Shown: one piece after another, positions 45,286-58,543 of the stretch | Layout: every line of letters starts with the position of its first letter | Numbering within the stretch: the first letter of the stretch is position 1 | Assembly: GCA_951406725.2 (NCBI GenBank) | Contig: OX597830.1 | Coordinates: 61,070,001-61,134,000, forward strand | Origin: Octopus vulgaris | Taxonomy: Eukaryota | Direction: 5' to 3' | Length of the DNA stretch: 64,000 bases | Made by a program: the position numbers and the translations under genes | The notes under the pieces: generated by a model | What the model saw: the letters and a program-made list of their open reading frames with translations, nothing else | Database searches by the model: none | Told to the model about the DNA's origin: nothing

Positions 45286-45723
45286 CATTGTTGTTATTGT
45301 TGTCTGGCGATGAAGCTTTGCTTCATTTCGATTCTCATGAGTTTGTTAAAAATTTAGTTATTTCACCCTGAAACTTTTGGCGATTTCGTTTTCGATTAAT
45401 TTTTATCCACCACCAGAAGCCTGTCCATGTCATATTTATGCTTGAAGAAATTCAAGATGGCTGTAGGTTCATCAGTAATGATAGTCGAAGGAAACTAAGG
45501 CAACAAAGGTGGGGAGTGAGAGCTGTCATTGCGGCAAAGTAGGAGCGTTTAATCTTGCAAGAAAACACCAACAACCATAGCAATACAAACAATGTGAAAA
45601 ACAAAAGTAACATCAGCAATATGTAGGGAGAGTTTACGAAAAAAACAAAACAACAAAAGACGAAGACACGTGGTGTACAAAACAAACAGATGTATTAGTA
45701 TAACGCTCGGGAATAGAAAAAGT

Positions 45724-45759
45724 CTTTTACGTTTCGAGCCTACGCTCTTCTACAGAAAG
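45724..45759 (-). ncRNA. Minimal hammerhead-like motif (core CUGUAGA) in short element ~45625-45838
   Basis: cttt-CTGTAGA-a-gagc gtag gctc-GAAA-cg-TA-aaag. Confidence 0.72.
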
Positions 45760-46777
45760 GTACACAGAAAAACAAACAAGGAGAGAAACAAGGAGAGAAA
45801 AAAAAGGAGAGAAAAAAAGGAGAGAAAAAATATGTAGTTTGATTAATAAAACAAGAGCAACAACGACAATATGAACAACGTGAATAACTACATTAACAAT
45901 AAAAACAACAACAAAAACAATAACATCACAGCAACAGCAGTGCATTATTACCGCTAAAACAACAAAAAGCAAGCTCATTTGTGAATGTTATCTAATAAAT
46001 GTGAGCGGGACACACACTTGATGGTGTGTTTAGTAAAAAAAAAAAATGTCTTCTTAAGCGAGATTTTCTCGCCAAACTGTCAGAAGGAATAGAAAAAATT
46101 GAAAGAAAACCCTTATTTATTGGTTAATCAATAAAACGCCAGAAAAATGGACAATTCAACCACAATACAAACAGAGAAATGTTTGAAAGATGTGTGGGGT
46201 TAAATGTGACTTGAGAGGAAAGGAATGGAATATGGGATGGCGGCTGTCCCTTCTCTCTCACAAAAAAAAAAAGACGAGGCTCAGAAAATAACAAGGATGC
46301 CCCGTAAAAGAATTGTTATTGATAGTATCATATTTAGGGAGTTGCGTAAAAAAAGGGGAGGGGACATTCTCTATTGTATCAGCAAAATCAAATATAAAAT
46401 ATTTCATTATGACTTGACTTTTGGAGAAATAATGAATATAAGAACAAACTCCAAAAGAATTGGGCAGATATCAAAGTACAGGTGGAGATACTACATACGC
46501 TAGAGAATTTTTAGACGGTACTCCATCTCAGCTACATGGAAAGCAGGGAACTCATAAGAGATGTGGTAGAAAGCAGAAAGACCATGTGTTCGCTTTGCGG
46601 TAGCATCAAACACCAGAGGTTTTCCTGTTCTGTGGCAAAGAGACTGAAAGTCCTTTGCTGTCAATACCACAACCCCAACATCAACGGCAACAATAACAAG
46701 AACATCAGCTCTTGCAGAAAAGGAAACCAAACTACTAAAATAGTCGCAAAGGTGTTTACTACTACCACTCTCTTAAC

Positions 46778-47040
46778 GTGTGGAGGCACATGGCCTAGTG
46801 GTTAGAGCAGCGGACTCGCGGTCGAGGGATCGCGGGTTCGAATCTCAGACCGGGCTCCAGCAGAAGGTAATGGCGAAACTTCTGCTGACTCTTTCGCCAC
46901 AACTTTCTCTCACTCTTTCCTTCTGCATCTAGCAGCTCACCTGCGACGGACCAGCGTCCCGTCCAGGTGGGGAACCTGTACGCCATGAAACCGGGAAACC
47001 GGCCCTTATGAGCCAGGCGTGGCTCGAGAAGGAACAAACA
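46778..47040 (+). mobile_element. tRNA-derived SINE family D (V-SINE-like) with 11-bp target-site duplication
   Basis: A box tggcctagtgg, B box ggttcgaatct; cctgcgacggaccagcgtcccgtccagg resembles the V-domain; actctcttaac at 46767-46777 and 47041-47051. Confidence 0.82.
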
Positions 47041-47744
47041 ACTCTCTTAACCCTTTAGCGTTTAAATCGGTCATATCAGGCTAAAATATTCTACCTGTTT
47101 TATGTTGAAACCAGCATCTCAAAATAAACAGTCACATCATAAAAGATAATCCTTGTGCACTGATGAGCTGGAATGGAAATATCTAGTTTAGACTATAAAA
47201 ATGTGTTTGCATTGTGTTGGCCGCCTAGAAATATTCTTTACAGCATTAGATATATTCATACTGCCTGAGCAGCTAATTGCTATAACACTATATGACGTCA
47301 CTTTTCTGATCCATTCTCTTGTGCTTGGACCAGAAAATTGTATATTTTGGGAAGCTTTATCCATACGTTTTACTATGAAGGACGAGAACATATTCAGTGA
47401 CTCCAGTAATATTTGTGTAGCATTTTACAACCTTTTCCATTCCACAATGACTGACAACACGCATCGTTATATTAATCTCGGGATTTAATATTTTTCATAT
47501 ATGCTCAACAGTCAAGTTTCAACGATTACTATGTATATGAATATTAATACACCCTGGCAGACATGTTGTCTGTAATAACCAATTGTTAGATAAATATAGG
47601 TCACGGTATACTGATGTTGAACAGATTTGAGAAGAAATATTAACTTAGTAGATTAAAAGGCGCCCACCGAATACTTGGTCATCGTTTATTATATCTTGGA
47701 CAAGTCAGCCTGGTAGAGCCCACCCTGTTCTACAATATGGATAC

Positions 47745-47818
47745 AGGCGTGGTAGAGTGACTAAAACATTTGCCTCCCAACAACCACATAGTTCCGAGTT
47801 CGATCTCAGAGCGCTTCG

Positions 47819-47869
<51 letters not shown>

Positions 47870-48095
47870 ATATATATCTGTGTCTGTGTCTGTGATTGTC
47901 CCCCATCACCGCTTTACTACCGGTGTTGGGTGTGTTTACATCTCCCTAACTTAGCAGTTCGGCATGAGTGATCGATAGGATAAGAATCAAGCTTAAAAAG
48001 TACTGGGATCGATTCAAATAACTAAAAATTCTTCAAGGCGGTGCCCCGGAATGGCCGCCGGAGAACTATAACTAAAAGAAGTAAAAGAGTAAAAG
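47745..48095 (+). mobile_element. SINE family B, diverged
   Basis: Consensus match in the 3' half. Confidence 0.72.
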
Positions 48096-48239
48096 TCTAA
48101 AGAGATTTAGCATATATTTATATACACATAACCGTTATATAAGCTTGAACTATATAATTAGATTTAAACGTGCATATATACAAATTTGTATACTCCATTA
48201 CGCACAAATATATTCATTTATGGGATTTTTCTATTTCTC

Positions 48240-48304
<65 letters not shown>

Positions 48305-49299
48305 CATATATGTGTGTGTGTGTGTATGTGTATGCGTACGCGCACGTGTGTGTGTAGTCTAGAATTCATTATACAAAGTGTTACCCTACATACAAAGTAT
48401 AGGATGTACCATAAAAACTATACATGCAAATAAATAACCGAGCCATCTTCAAACAAACGTATAGTCTGACTTATCTCAAACTCGAGGAGCTGGAGTTTCG
48501 CCAAGTTGTCATCCGTTCTTGTCAGAGAGAAAGGGAAAGAAAGGAACTGCTCTTGGAATAATGTACAGGCGGTTGATCGATTGCAAATTAATGTTGAGCC
48601 GTTTTTGTGTGCTGCAATATATATACGATGAAATGAAGCGACTTTCAAAGCTTTACTGCGTCCTGAATACACGAACATGACAAGGAACATTTTCGGAATT
48701 TGGCAGCGTTCAAATCTTGTGTCCCCTACGACCGAAAGTCTTCCTATTTGTTAACTAAGATCGGTTGATTTGTTATGTTCTCTTGAAGAGTAGATGGTAT
48801 TCAGCCGTAGCTTGATAATAAAGTGACTTGAAATGTTTTGTATCGGTTGTTGAATTGAAAATATATTATGCTTTGTATTACAAAATACAATTGTAATCAA
48901 AATAAAAAAATACAGAAATAAAGAAATTGACAAAAAAAGTCAGGTTGACTATTAGTTACGATTCTATCTTCATGGTCAGATTATAAGGAAGAATGTGCTA
49001 AACAGAATAAAGAGTTAAATGAAGAATAAGGTGAAGCATATGAGATAATAAAGTGATAATGTGGTGAAGAGCGACCCATTACAATACTTATCAACTGTTT
49101 CCTTATTTCTTTTAAGGATCTAAATTACAACAAAACAGCTGGCCCCATTCGGTATTGAAACCAGCCCCTACTTAAAGTAATATATTACCAACTAGATTTA
49201 TATGCTTTTTTAAACAATTAGAAAAAAATTAGTAAGTATTCTTAGCCCCTACCCCATATTTATATTCCTCCATATACACACCTACGAGGTAATGTAAAT

Positions 49300-49346
<47 letters not shown>

Positions 49347-49352
<6 letters not shown>

Positions 49353-50015
49353 GTTTTTGTAAATTTTGGAATTTATTGCGTTTTTAAATTTCGGAATCTA
49401 TTTTTTTCGAGAATTCTATTTTTGAATAATTTTAGAATCTATTTAGTTTTTTTTCTAGTTAATTTTAGTTGTTTTTTGTTTATTTTCAGATCATTAAAAT
49501 GGATTGTCAAGTTAAGAAAAACGAGCATTTTCAACACCTTTTTGCTTTTAATCAAGGTTCTAAGGCCGCAAAAGCTGCTCGCGACATTTGTACTGCGTAT
49601 GGAGAAGGTGCCATAGCTAAAAGAACCACTCGTATTTGGTATGCCAAGTTCAAAAATGGAAATTTTAACCTCAAAGACGCACCTCGTTCCGGCCGTCCAG
49701 TTGAATTCGATTAAGAGCGATTAAATCAACTTTTGCACGAAAATTCTCGACAAGGGAACTAGCAGAGAAAATGGAATGCTCCCACACGGCTATAGAGAAG
49801 CATCTTCACTCGATGGGAAAGGTTCAGAAGTATGGAGCATGGGTTCTGCATGCTTTAAGTGACAACAACAAAAATCAGCGACCACAATCTCCGCTGGTTC
49901 GCTTACTCGTCACCGCTCAACTCATGGACACAAGCAACGATTTCTTTAACGAATCGTTACTGGCGACGAAGAATGGTGCCTGTACATCAATATGAAGCAG
50001 CGTAAGGAATGGCTT
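49347..50015 (+). pseudogene. Mariner transposase 5' fragment
   Basis: Starts TA-ttgggtt; ATG at 49499; AARDICTAYGEGAI..WYAKFKNGNFNLKDAPRSGRP, WVLHAL (WVPHEL-like), RIVTGDE; stops and frameshifts; truncated after the first catalytic D. Confidence 0.9.
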
Positions 50016-50281
50016 AAATATACACATGTGTGTACATATGAAATAACGCATACACACGTATCCATCTATACATGGAAATATATATATAGTTCTTTCATAT
50101 ATTCTTACTATTAAAGTGTCAGATACACATAAAATGTAGTGTGTATATTTCCATATATCCGCACATGTATATAAATATACACATGTGTGTACATATAAAA
50201 TAATACACACACACACGTATCCATCTATACATGGAAATATATATATAGTTCTTTCATATATTCTTACTATTAAAGTGTCAG
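50016..50281. repeat. Direct duplication of ~107 bp (period ~158) at the mariner breakpoint
   Basis: acacgtatccatctatacatggaaatatatatatagttctttcatatattcttactattaaagtgtcag occurs twice. Confidence 0.9.
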
Positions 50282-50303
50282 GGATGAAATAAAAAGTAAA
50301 AGG

Positions 50304-50355
<52 letters not shown>

Positions 50356-50717
50356 GCATCTATTTATATATGCACACATATACACTTCTTATATGCAAAC
50401 TTTTTTATTTCTAAAGAGAGAAATAAAAAAAGCCCACTAAAATAAAGAATAAAAAATACACGCATAAATCTATTTGTATTTCTTAGAAGCACTTCTTACA
50501 CATTCTGTTTATAAAACACAGAAATAGATAATACAATATGATAAAGTTAAATAAAATAAAATATACATCATAGACATAGAAATAAAATATAATATACTCA
50601 TATATCTATTTATATATGGATATATATATACTTCCAATACCATTCTTAACCTAGGCCCAACTCGCGGGGAGTTTTGGAACGTAACACCCACGATAGTCGA
50701 GGTATTATTCTGTGTGC

Positions 50718-50753
50718 ATACATACATACATACATACATACATACATGCATAC

Positions 50754-50784
<31 letters not shown>

Positions 50785-50793
50785 CATACATAC

Positions 50794-50824
<31 letters not shown>

Positions 50825-50924
50825 CATACATTCATACATATATACATACATACATACAAACATACATACATACATACATACACACACATACATACATACA
50901 TACATACATACATACATACATACA

Positions 50925-50958
<34 letters not shown>

Positions 50959-52255
50959 CATACATACATATATACATACGTACATACATACATACTTACA
51001 TACATACATACATACATACATTCATACATATATACATACATACATACAAACATACATACATACATACACACATACATACATACATACATACATACATACA
51101 TACATACACACATACATACGTACATACATACATTCATACATACATAATACATACATAATACATACATACACACATACATACGTACATACATACATTCATA
51201 CATACATACTACATACATACATACATACATACACACATACATACGTACATACATACACTCATACATATATACATACATACATACATGCATAATACATACA
51301 TGCATACATACATACATACATAATACACACAAACATACGTACATACATACACACATACATACATACATGCATACATACATTCATTCATACATACATACAT
51401 ACATACATACATACATACACACATACATACGTACATACATACACTCATACATATATACATACATACATACATACATACGTACATACATACACTCATACAT
51501 ATATACATACATACATACATACATACATTCATACATGCATGCATACATACATACATACATACATACATACATACATACATACAAACATACATACATACAT
51601 ACACATATACATACATACATACATACATATATACATACATACATACATATATACATACATACATACATACATACACACATACATACGTACATACATACAT
51701 TCATACATACATAATACATACATACATACACACATACATACGTACATACATACATTCATACATACATACTACATACATACATACACACATACATACGTAC
51801 ATATATACACTCATACATATATACATACATACATACGTACATGCATAATACGTACATACATGCATACATACATACATACACACAAACATACGTACATACA
51901 TACACACATACATACATACATACATACATACATACATACATACATACATGCATACATACATTCATACATGCATGCATACATACATACATACATACACACA
52001 TACATACGTACATACATACACTCACACATATTTACATACATACATACATTCATACATGCATGCATACATACATACACACATACATACATACATACATACA
52101 CACATACATACATACGTACATACATACACACATACATGCATGCATACATACATAAATACATACATACACACATACATACATACGTACATACATACACACA
52201 CACATACATACATACATACATGCATACATTCATGCATGCATACATACATACATAC
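50718..52255. repeat. ~1.5-kb degenerate (CATA)n array
   Basis: Directly visible. Confidence 0.95.
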
Positions 52256-52259
52256 CCTT

Positions 52260-53400
52260 CATTACTATTCTTGTTGCTGTTTGCAGTACTTCTATTATTG
52301 AGATATTGAGATTTTTGGTATTTCGATTATTACTCATATTATTTTTGTTTTCGCCTCTTTTATTATTCTTATTAGAATTATTTGGAAAAGTTTCATTACT
52401 TCTTTCTTTACTATTCTTATTTGAAAAATAACTTCCATCGTTATCCCCACTAATGGTGTTAATAATCTCCTGGCCTGGCTTCCTATTATTGAGTTTATGA
52501 ATGTAGTATTGTAAGTTATTAGATGTTGCCTACGGTAATTTCACAATATGACTATTAAAGACTTCGTGGTATTTATTAGATTTAGGAAAGTGCCTAACCA
52601 ATGCAGCAAAAAATCTCAAGCAATCTTGGATGATGATCATCATCATCATTGTTCGACCGTGGTCGAGACAATGGAATTTACTATGTTACGCCAGACTTCA
52701 CGGTCCATCATAGCATTACGGAGGTCCTGTTGCTGGATGCCTGTATCCCTGGAGATTACATCAGGGTAGGAGAGTGTGCGACCTCTGGTATTGCGAGTAG
52801 ATGGCTTCCAGAGGAATGATACATGCAATCGGAATGATACATGCAATCGGAAAATTGTATAATATCACAAAACATTGCATTTTTCTATACTTGTTGTTCG
52901 GTCTATTGTAACCAGTATAATCTGTGGTACTTTCACTATCTAAAGAATTCCAGTTCGATTTATAATTAATAATAATTAGATCAGCCATTAGCCCTATTTT
53001 CTACTTTAGCTTTATTTATTTTGCCGTTTTCTCTCTTGGGTTGACACTACCACCTTCATCTATTTTGTGCTTATAACTCTCTCTTTTAAAGTATGGTTTA
53101 GTGCCATTATTATAGTCGTCATATGCATTAATAAGATTATTGTTAGGTTTGTATTTGATTTTCGTCGGATATCCGACCCTAGCTCATGCTACATTGTAGT
53201 AATGTGCACCCGAGTTTCATTTGCCGGAAGTCTAGATATTCGAGTGGACATATTGATTACAATTCTTTTTATGACAGAAAATGAGTGATTGGATTTTTCT
53301 GATTGACATTTCTTAGATTTTCGTTCAGGTTATGGCATGGGTCAAATAATCCGTAACCAGATTAAATGTTACATTTACAAAATTTGTCATACTATAATTA
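52260..53400 (-). pseudogene. Decayed Penelope-like element (RT C-terminal/linker region), interrupted by an RTE tail
   Basis: FFAALVRHFPKSNKYHEVFNSHIVKLP*ATSNNLQYYIHKLN at ~52480-52625 fits the PLE pattern HFP...HKIFN..TVK.SYS...N...I..HN; the upstream extent is uncertain. Confidence 0.6.
52632..52825 (-). mobile_element. RTE-type LINE 3' tail with (TGA)n
   Basis: LWKPSTRNTRGRTLSYPDVISRDTG...AMMDREVWRNIV*. Confidence 0.7.
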
Positions 53401-53849
53401 TTTTCTATATTAATAGATAGTTCGAAATATTTTAAATGTGCATCTATATGCATACGAAATTTTTAACACAGCATATCGATAAGATATGTTTTCTCAGGAT
53501 GAATCTTTTCTACTCTAGGAACAAAGCCCCAAATTTTGGGGGAGTGGGGGAGCAGTCGATTAGCTCGACCCCAGTACGCAACTGGTACTTAATTTATCGG
53601 TCCCGAAAGATGAAAAGGCAAATTTGACATCGGCGAAATTTGTTTGTCTGAAGATAAATACAGCAGTAACTGGTCTATCGACAAAGTGCATACATTAAGT
53701 ATAATACATAAATGGTTATTTTAATTTAAAATTGTCTCAATCGCGTATACATGATTTTACCTAGGCGGTTGGCTATTGGCAACATCAATGGACAGTTTAT
53801 TCTAGCATGTGGCTGGGTACACCAATGAAAACAATCCCCAAAGGTCGGC

Positions 53850-54716
53850 ATGCATCTGGAGCTTTCACTGACCGGTGTTGGCGCAAATTTTCGTCTTACT
53901 CTGATGTTTATTGTATTTTTAAAACAGGCACAACGTTATAGCCCAGTGGAAGGCCGCTGCGAATGCAAGGGGGTCGTCTATAAGGCCAAAGTACGAGGAA
54001 ACCCTGGCAATACCACCGGTAGAATCAGTAGCAGCCATAGATATGAGAACAGAACTAGCAACACCGCCACCATCGTCACAGTTAACAATATTAGCAACAA
54101 TAACAATAACAGCACCAGCGACAGCATTAGCAGTTCCCTCGGCGGCATCGACAGGAGTACCAACAACAGCAACTTCAGCAGCAGAATTACCAACAGCTTC
54201 CCTAACGTCCACAGTAGCAGACCTGACAACCCCAAAAGCAGCAGCAACATGTCCAGTGCCCCCGCCAGCAATAACAGCAATAATGGCAGCAATGGAAACA
54301 GCTGCAGCGAAAGTGACACTCGCAGAAACACCGGCGGAAGCACAACTAATGACACCTCTAGCAGCAATGGCAACTCTTCCACCAATGACGAGGACCACAA
54401 TAACAACAACAGCACCTTCACCATAACCAGCAGTAGCGATACCATTACCGACGCCACCACCACCTCCAGCGACGCCAACGCTAGCAGTTCCCAGTTCAAA
54501 CAACAACGATGGCAGCTGCAGCAGCATCAACAACACCAACAGCAAATACACGCCCACGGAGAAACATTGGATGTTCCGGGAACTCTTTCAAGCAATATCT
54601 CTCCAACCTCAGGTCCTCCTTCTGAGTTTCGGAAAGGAGACTCCATCACTGGCCAGCCACGTCTGGCATCGAAAAGACGATGGGGTTCCATACTCAATTT
54701 CATAGAAAACCTTTGA
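53850..54716 (+). pseudogene. Penelope-like GIY-YIG endonuclease N-terminal remnant followed by long Ser/Asn-rich low-complexity sequence
   Basis: SPVEGRCECKGVVYKAKV fits the PLE pattern CPxxGxCxxxxVVYxAxV (first Cys TGC>AGC); no YIG half found. Confidence 0.55.
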
Positions 54717-55169
54717 GAACCCAGGCTCCTACATCAGCGGTACGAAGTGTTACAATTAATGCATAACTGAACGCGCAAGAATCCCAAAGGACTCACTCGA
54801 ACCAGGGAACATTCTTACCTCCAGAACGGAGATTTTCGGGCTATGTTTACATTCCAGGAGGTTCTTGCTAGCTTTTTGGAGTCCACAAAATGCGGCACAA
54901 CCGGAAGTCGATAGCCAATAGCAAAGGTAGATAATTCCCAGTTGTTACCTTTGAGTAATGAGGCATTTCCTTCTCCATATTCTCGAGAGGTCTTGGGCCA
55001 GCAGGTTTTTGGGATCTGACGATACGCCATAAAGCTAAACCTTATATGAATTAGAAACGTAAAGTAATCCCATAAACAAGCCTTCCCCATTTTTAATATA
55101 TACTGCTCTACTTCTTAGAATGTGCTGCTTCTTTCGGATTTATGCTTTTTACAAACGATATATATATAC

Positions 55170-55237
<68 letters not shown>

Positions 55238-55959
55238 CATATTAAGTATGATGCACAGAATCATTATATATATATATATATATATATATAATTCTATTAC
55301 ATATATATATATGTGTGTGTATGTACACACACACACACACACATATATATACACACACATATAGTTTCATGTTCATGCACATAAGCATTAACATATTATA
55401 GAAAATGTAAGCATGAAACGAATGCTTGTATAGAAGCATGTTTGATAGAAATCCTTTCTTCATTCGTGAGACCAAATCCCGGTAGCATCAGATTTACACT
55501 TGAAGAATATGGGTAACAACGATACTTAGAAGTAAGTGGACAATGGTCGTCCACTCATAATACAAAGAGTATTGTCCTTCGGGGAAAGAATGCATTCATT
55601 CTCACCCCTATGAACACACACGCACACACGCACACGCACACACATACACACACACATTCTCTCTGTCTCTCTCTCTCTCTCCCACATACACATACATATA
55701 CACATAGCGTTTCTACTTCAACAGCTGATGTCACATGGTGATATCATCTACTGTAACAAATATATGTTTGTGTGCGCACGCGCGCGTGTGTGTATGTGTG
55801 TGCGCGTATGTGTGTGTATGTGTGTACATGGGTGAGTACATGGGTGAGTACATGTGTATGCATATAACCATATGTATATTTGATATTTGCAAAAAAATCT
55901 AAAAAATATGCATATATCTATATAAACTCGTACACGGATATGTATATATATATGCATAT

Positions 55960-56580
55960 ATACGATGGCTGTCAAATTCTTTGACGAGTTTGTCCATTAC
56001 TGACAAAGCAATACCAAGTAAGACTTGCATAACACCTCGCAGACCTTCCTCACCCTCTTGACATGATCGGGTGGGAAGCCGAAGCCAGATATCTCGTGCC
56101 AGATATGACTCAGGAATGTGGGAGCAGCATGAGTTTAAGTGCAAGAAAATAATCCAAAATTATCCAAACTCACTTCTTGTATATCCGGTTTTATACCAGA
56201 GTGACCTTCTAAAAGATAAGCTTTAACAAAATCTGAGGGTCGCCTCATTCCCAATGGTCTTCCGGTATGCCGGACATGAAACCAGAATTTGATGAGTGTC
56301 CGTTATATTGCTAACCAGCCGTTGGACCTACACTGGTTCCTTGTCTTTAATCCTTTTGCTTTCAAGCAAGTCTCCTCACCAAGTCTGGTAGGGGTGCCGG
56401 GTTCAATCGCCGATCATGCACGAGGGTGTCCTGGATACCTATTTCTTTATTACCCACAAGGGGCTAAACATAGAGGGGACAAACAAAGACAGATATAGGT
56501 ATTAAGTCGATTACATCGACCCCAGTGCGTAACTGGTACTTACCGAGTTGCCAGTAGAGTTCATGAGAAACCTCACGAGT
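55960..56580 (-). pseudogene. Probable decayed RTE APE-endonuclease fragment with a nested SINE A piece (56437-56545)
   Basis: Weak QDTLV.MIGD.N remnant; the SINE tail is clear. Confidence 0.4.
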
Positions 56581-56775
56581 CATCTAACATAGAATACGTA
56601 TATTTACTTATATGTATACATGTATATATACATATATCCACATATATCAATAATAATATGCATATATTTTGTGTATATTTTTATATACATATAGATACAA
56701 ATGCGTACATATTTATAGATAATTATACTCATATATATTTGTATGTACACACACACACACATATGTACATAGATA

Positions 56776-56813
<38 letters not shown>

Positions 56814-56911
56814 CATATAAATGCGTGTATGCATATATATTTGTATTTATATATAAATATAGTCTCTATATATCTATAGACATTTGTATCTATCTCTATC
56901 TATCTACCTAC

Positions 56912-56980
<69 letters not shown>

Positions 56981-57085
56981 GGTCTATCTATCCAATGTTT
57001 ATATAGACATACGTGCTTCACATTAAGTATGTGTATGTTTATATGTGTATGTATGCATGTAGTTATACATACATGCAGACGGATA

Positions 57086-57129
<44 letters not shown>

Positions 57130-57134
<5 letters not shown>

Positions 57135-57341
57135 ATACAATATGTTACATTACTCGGTAGTCAAGATAAAACTCTGAGTTTCAGATGCCGAAGTGGAAAT
57201 CCACAACACCATCTCTTCGGTTATCTGGCTATTTGAAAATAGCCAGATAACCGAAGAGATGGTGTTGTGGATTTCCACTTCGGCATCTGAAACTCAGAGT
57301 TTTATCTTGACTACCGAGTAATGTAACATATTGTATAGATA
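57130..57341. repeat. Perfect palindrome, 105-bp arms, 2-nt spacer
   Basis: 57130-57234 is the exact reverse complement of 57237-57341 (centre ggctattt-ga-aaatagcc). Confidence 0.95.
57245..57307 (+). ncRNA. Type-I hammerhead-like motif (core CCGAAGA, extended stem II); mirror copy at 57164-57226 (-)
   Basis: agataa-CCGAAGA-gatg..gtgg attt ccac..catc-t-GAAA-ctc a gag-TT-ttatct; 6-bp stem I. Confidence 0.72.
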
Positions 57342-57468
57342 AATTTCCTCTATTTACATAATATTGAGGTCTCTTTCTTTCTTTTGTTATCTTACCGTTT
57401 TATCAATATATATATATATATATATACATTGTGTATGTGTGAAGAAGAAGAAGAAGAAGAAGAAGAAG

Positions 57469-57500
<32 letters not shown>

Positions 57501-57561
57501 GAAGAAGAAGAAGAAGAAGAAGAAGAAGAAGAAGAAGAAGAAGAAGAAGAAGAAGAAGAAG

Positions 57562-57596
<35 letters not shown>

Positions 57597-58038
57597 GTAG
57601 TAGTAGTAGAAAATCGATTATGAATCAAAGTGGCGGTCCGGTGTTGTATTAATGACGTGTGTTCTGTGACTCTTCCGACGAGTGGCGTTAATAACTTCAC
57701 CAAAATAACACTTTGGGAACTTGAAACGAGACAAAGACCTTCCATGGTCAGTCAGCGAATACATATTTTCTTACGGAGCACGGCGATAAGCGAACGATTA
57801 AAATTATTGTAGAACTGGTAAATTTTCAGTGAACCAATTCCGTTTTTCAGTTTCCACTCTTAGTTGAAAGCGTTTTCTCCCCCTATTACTATCTTTTAGA
57901 GAGATAAATCGAATATCACACCATCTCCATGCAAATCTGGAAATGTCAGGATTCTTTTTTTTTATACTTTGAAACATTATCTTAGTGGGGGGGGGGATAT
58001 GTGTGTATGTGTTTGTGCGTGCGTGCGTGTATGTGTAC

Positions 58039-58085
<47 letters not shown>

Positions 58086-58220
58086 TATATATATATGTAT
58101 ATATATATAACATATCAAATTACAAACTGTTTGTATTAGATATCTGTACACAGAGATATTCGGAGTACATATGTGTGACTATGTGCGTTCCACTTTGTGT
58201 GAATCAGTGTGTGTGTACAC

Positions 58221-58270
<50 letters not shown>

Positions 58271-58283
58271 ATATGTATGTTTA

Positions 58284-58353
<70 letters not shown>

Positions 58354-58387
58354 CATATAATTATTATATATCTGACATTGATTATTA

Positions 58388-58497
<110 letters not shown>

Positions 58498-58507
58498 CAT
58501 ACATACA

Positions 58508-58543
<36 letters not shown>

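Noticed and set aside
46781-46855. Possible tRNA gene
   Set aside because: A and B boxes are present but there is no acceptor stem; it continues into a SINE body bounded by a TSD.
47157-47195. ctgatgag...gaaa hammerhead-like words
   Set aside because: No pairing for stem II or stem I; probably chance.
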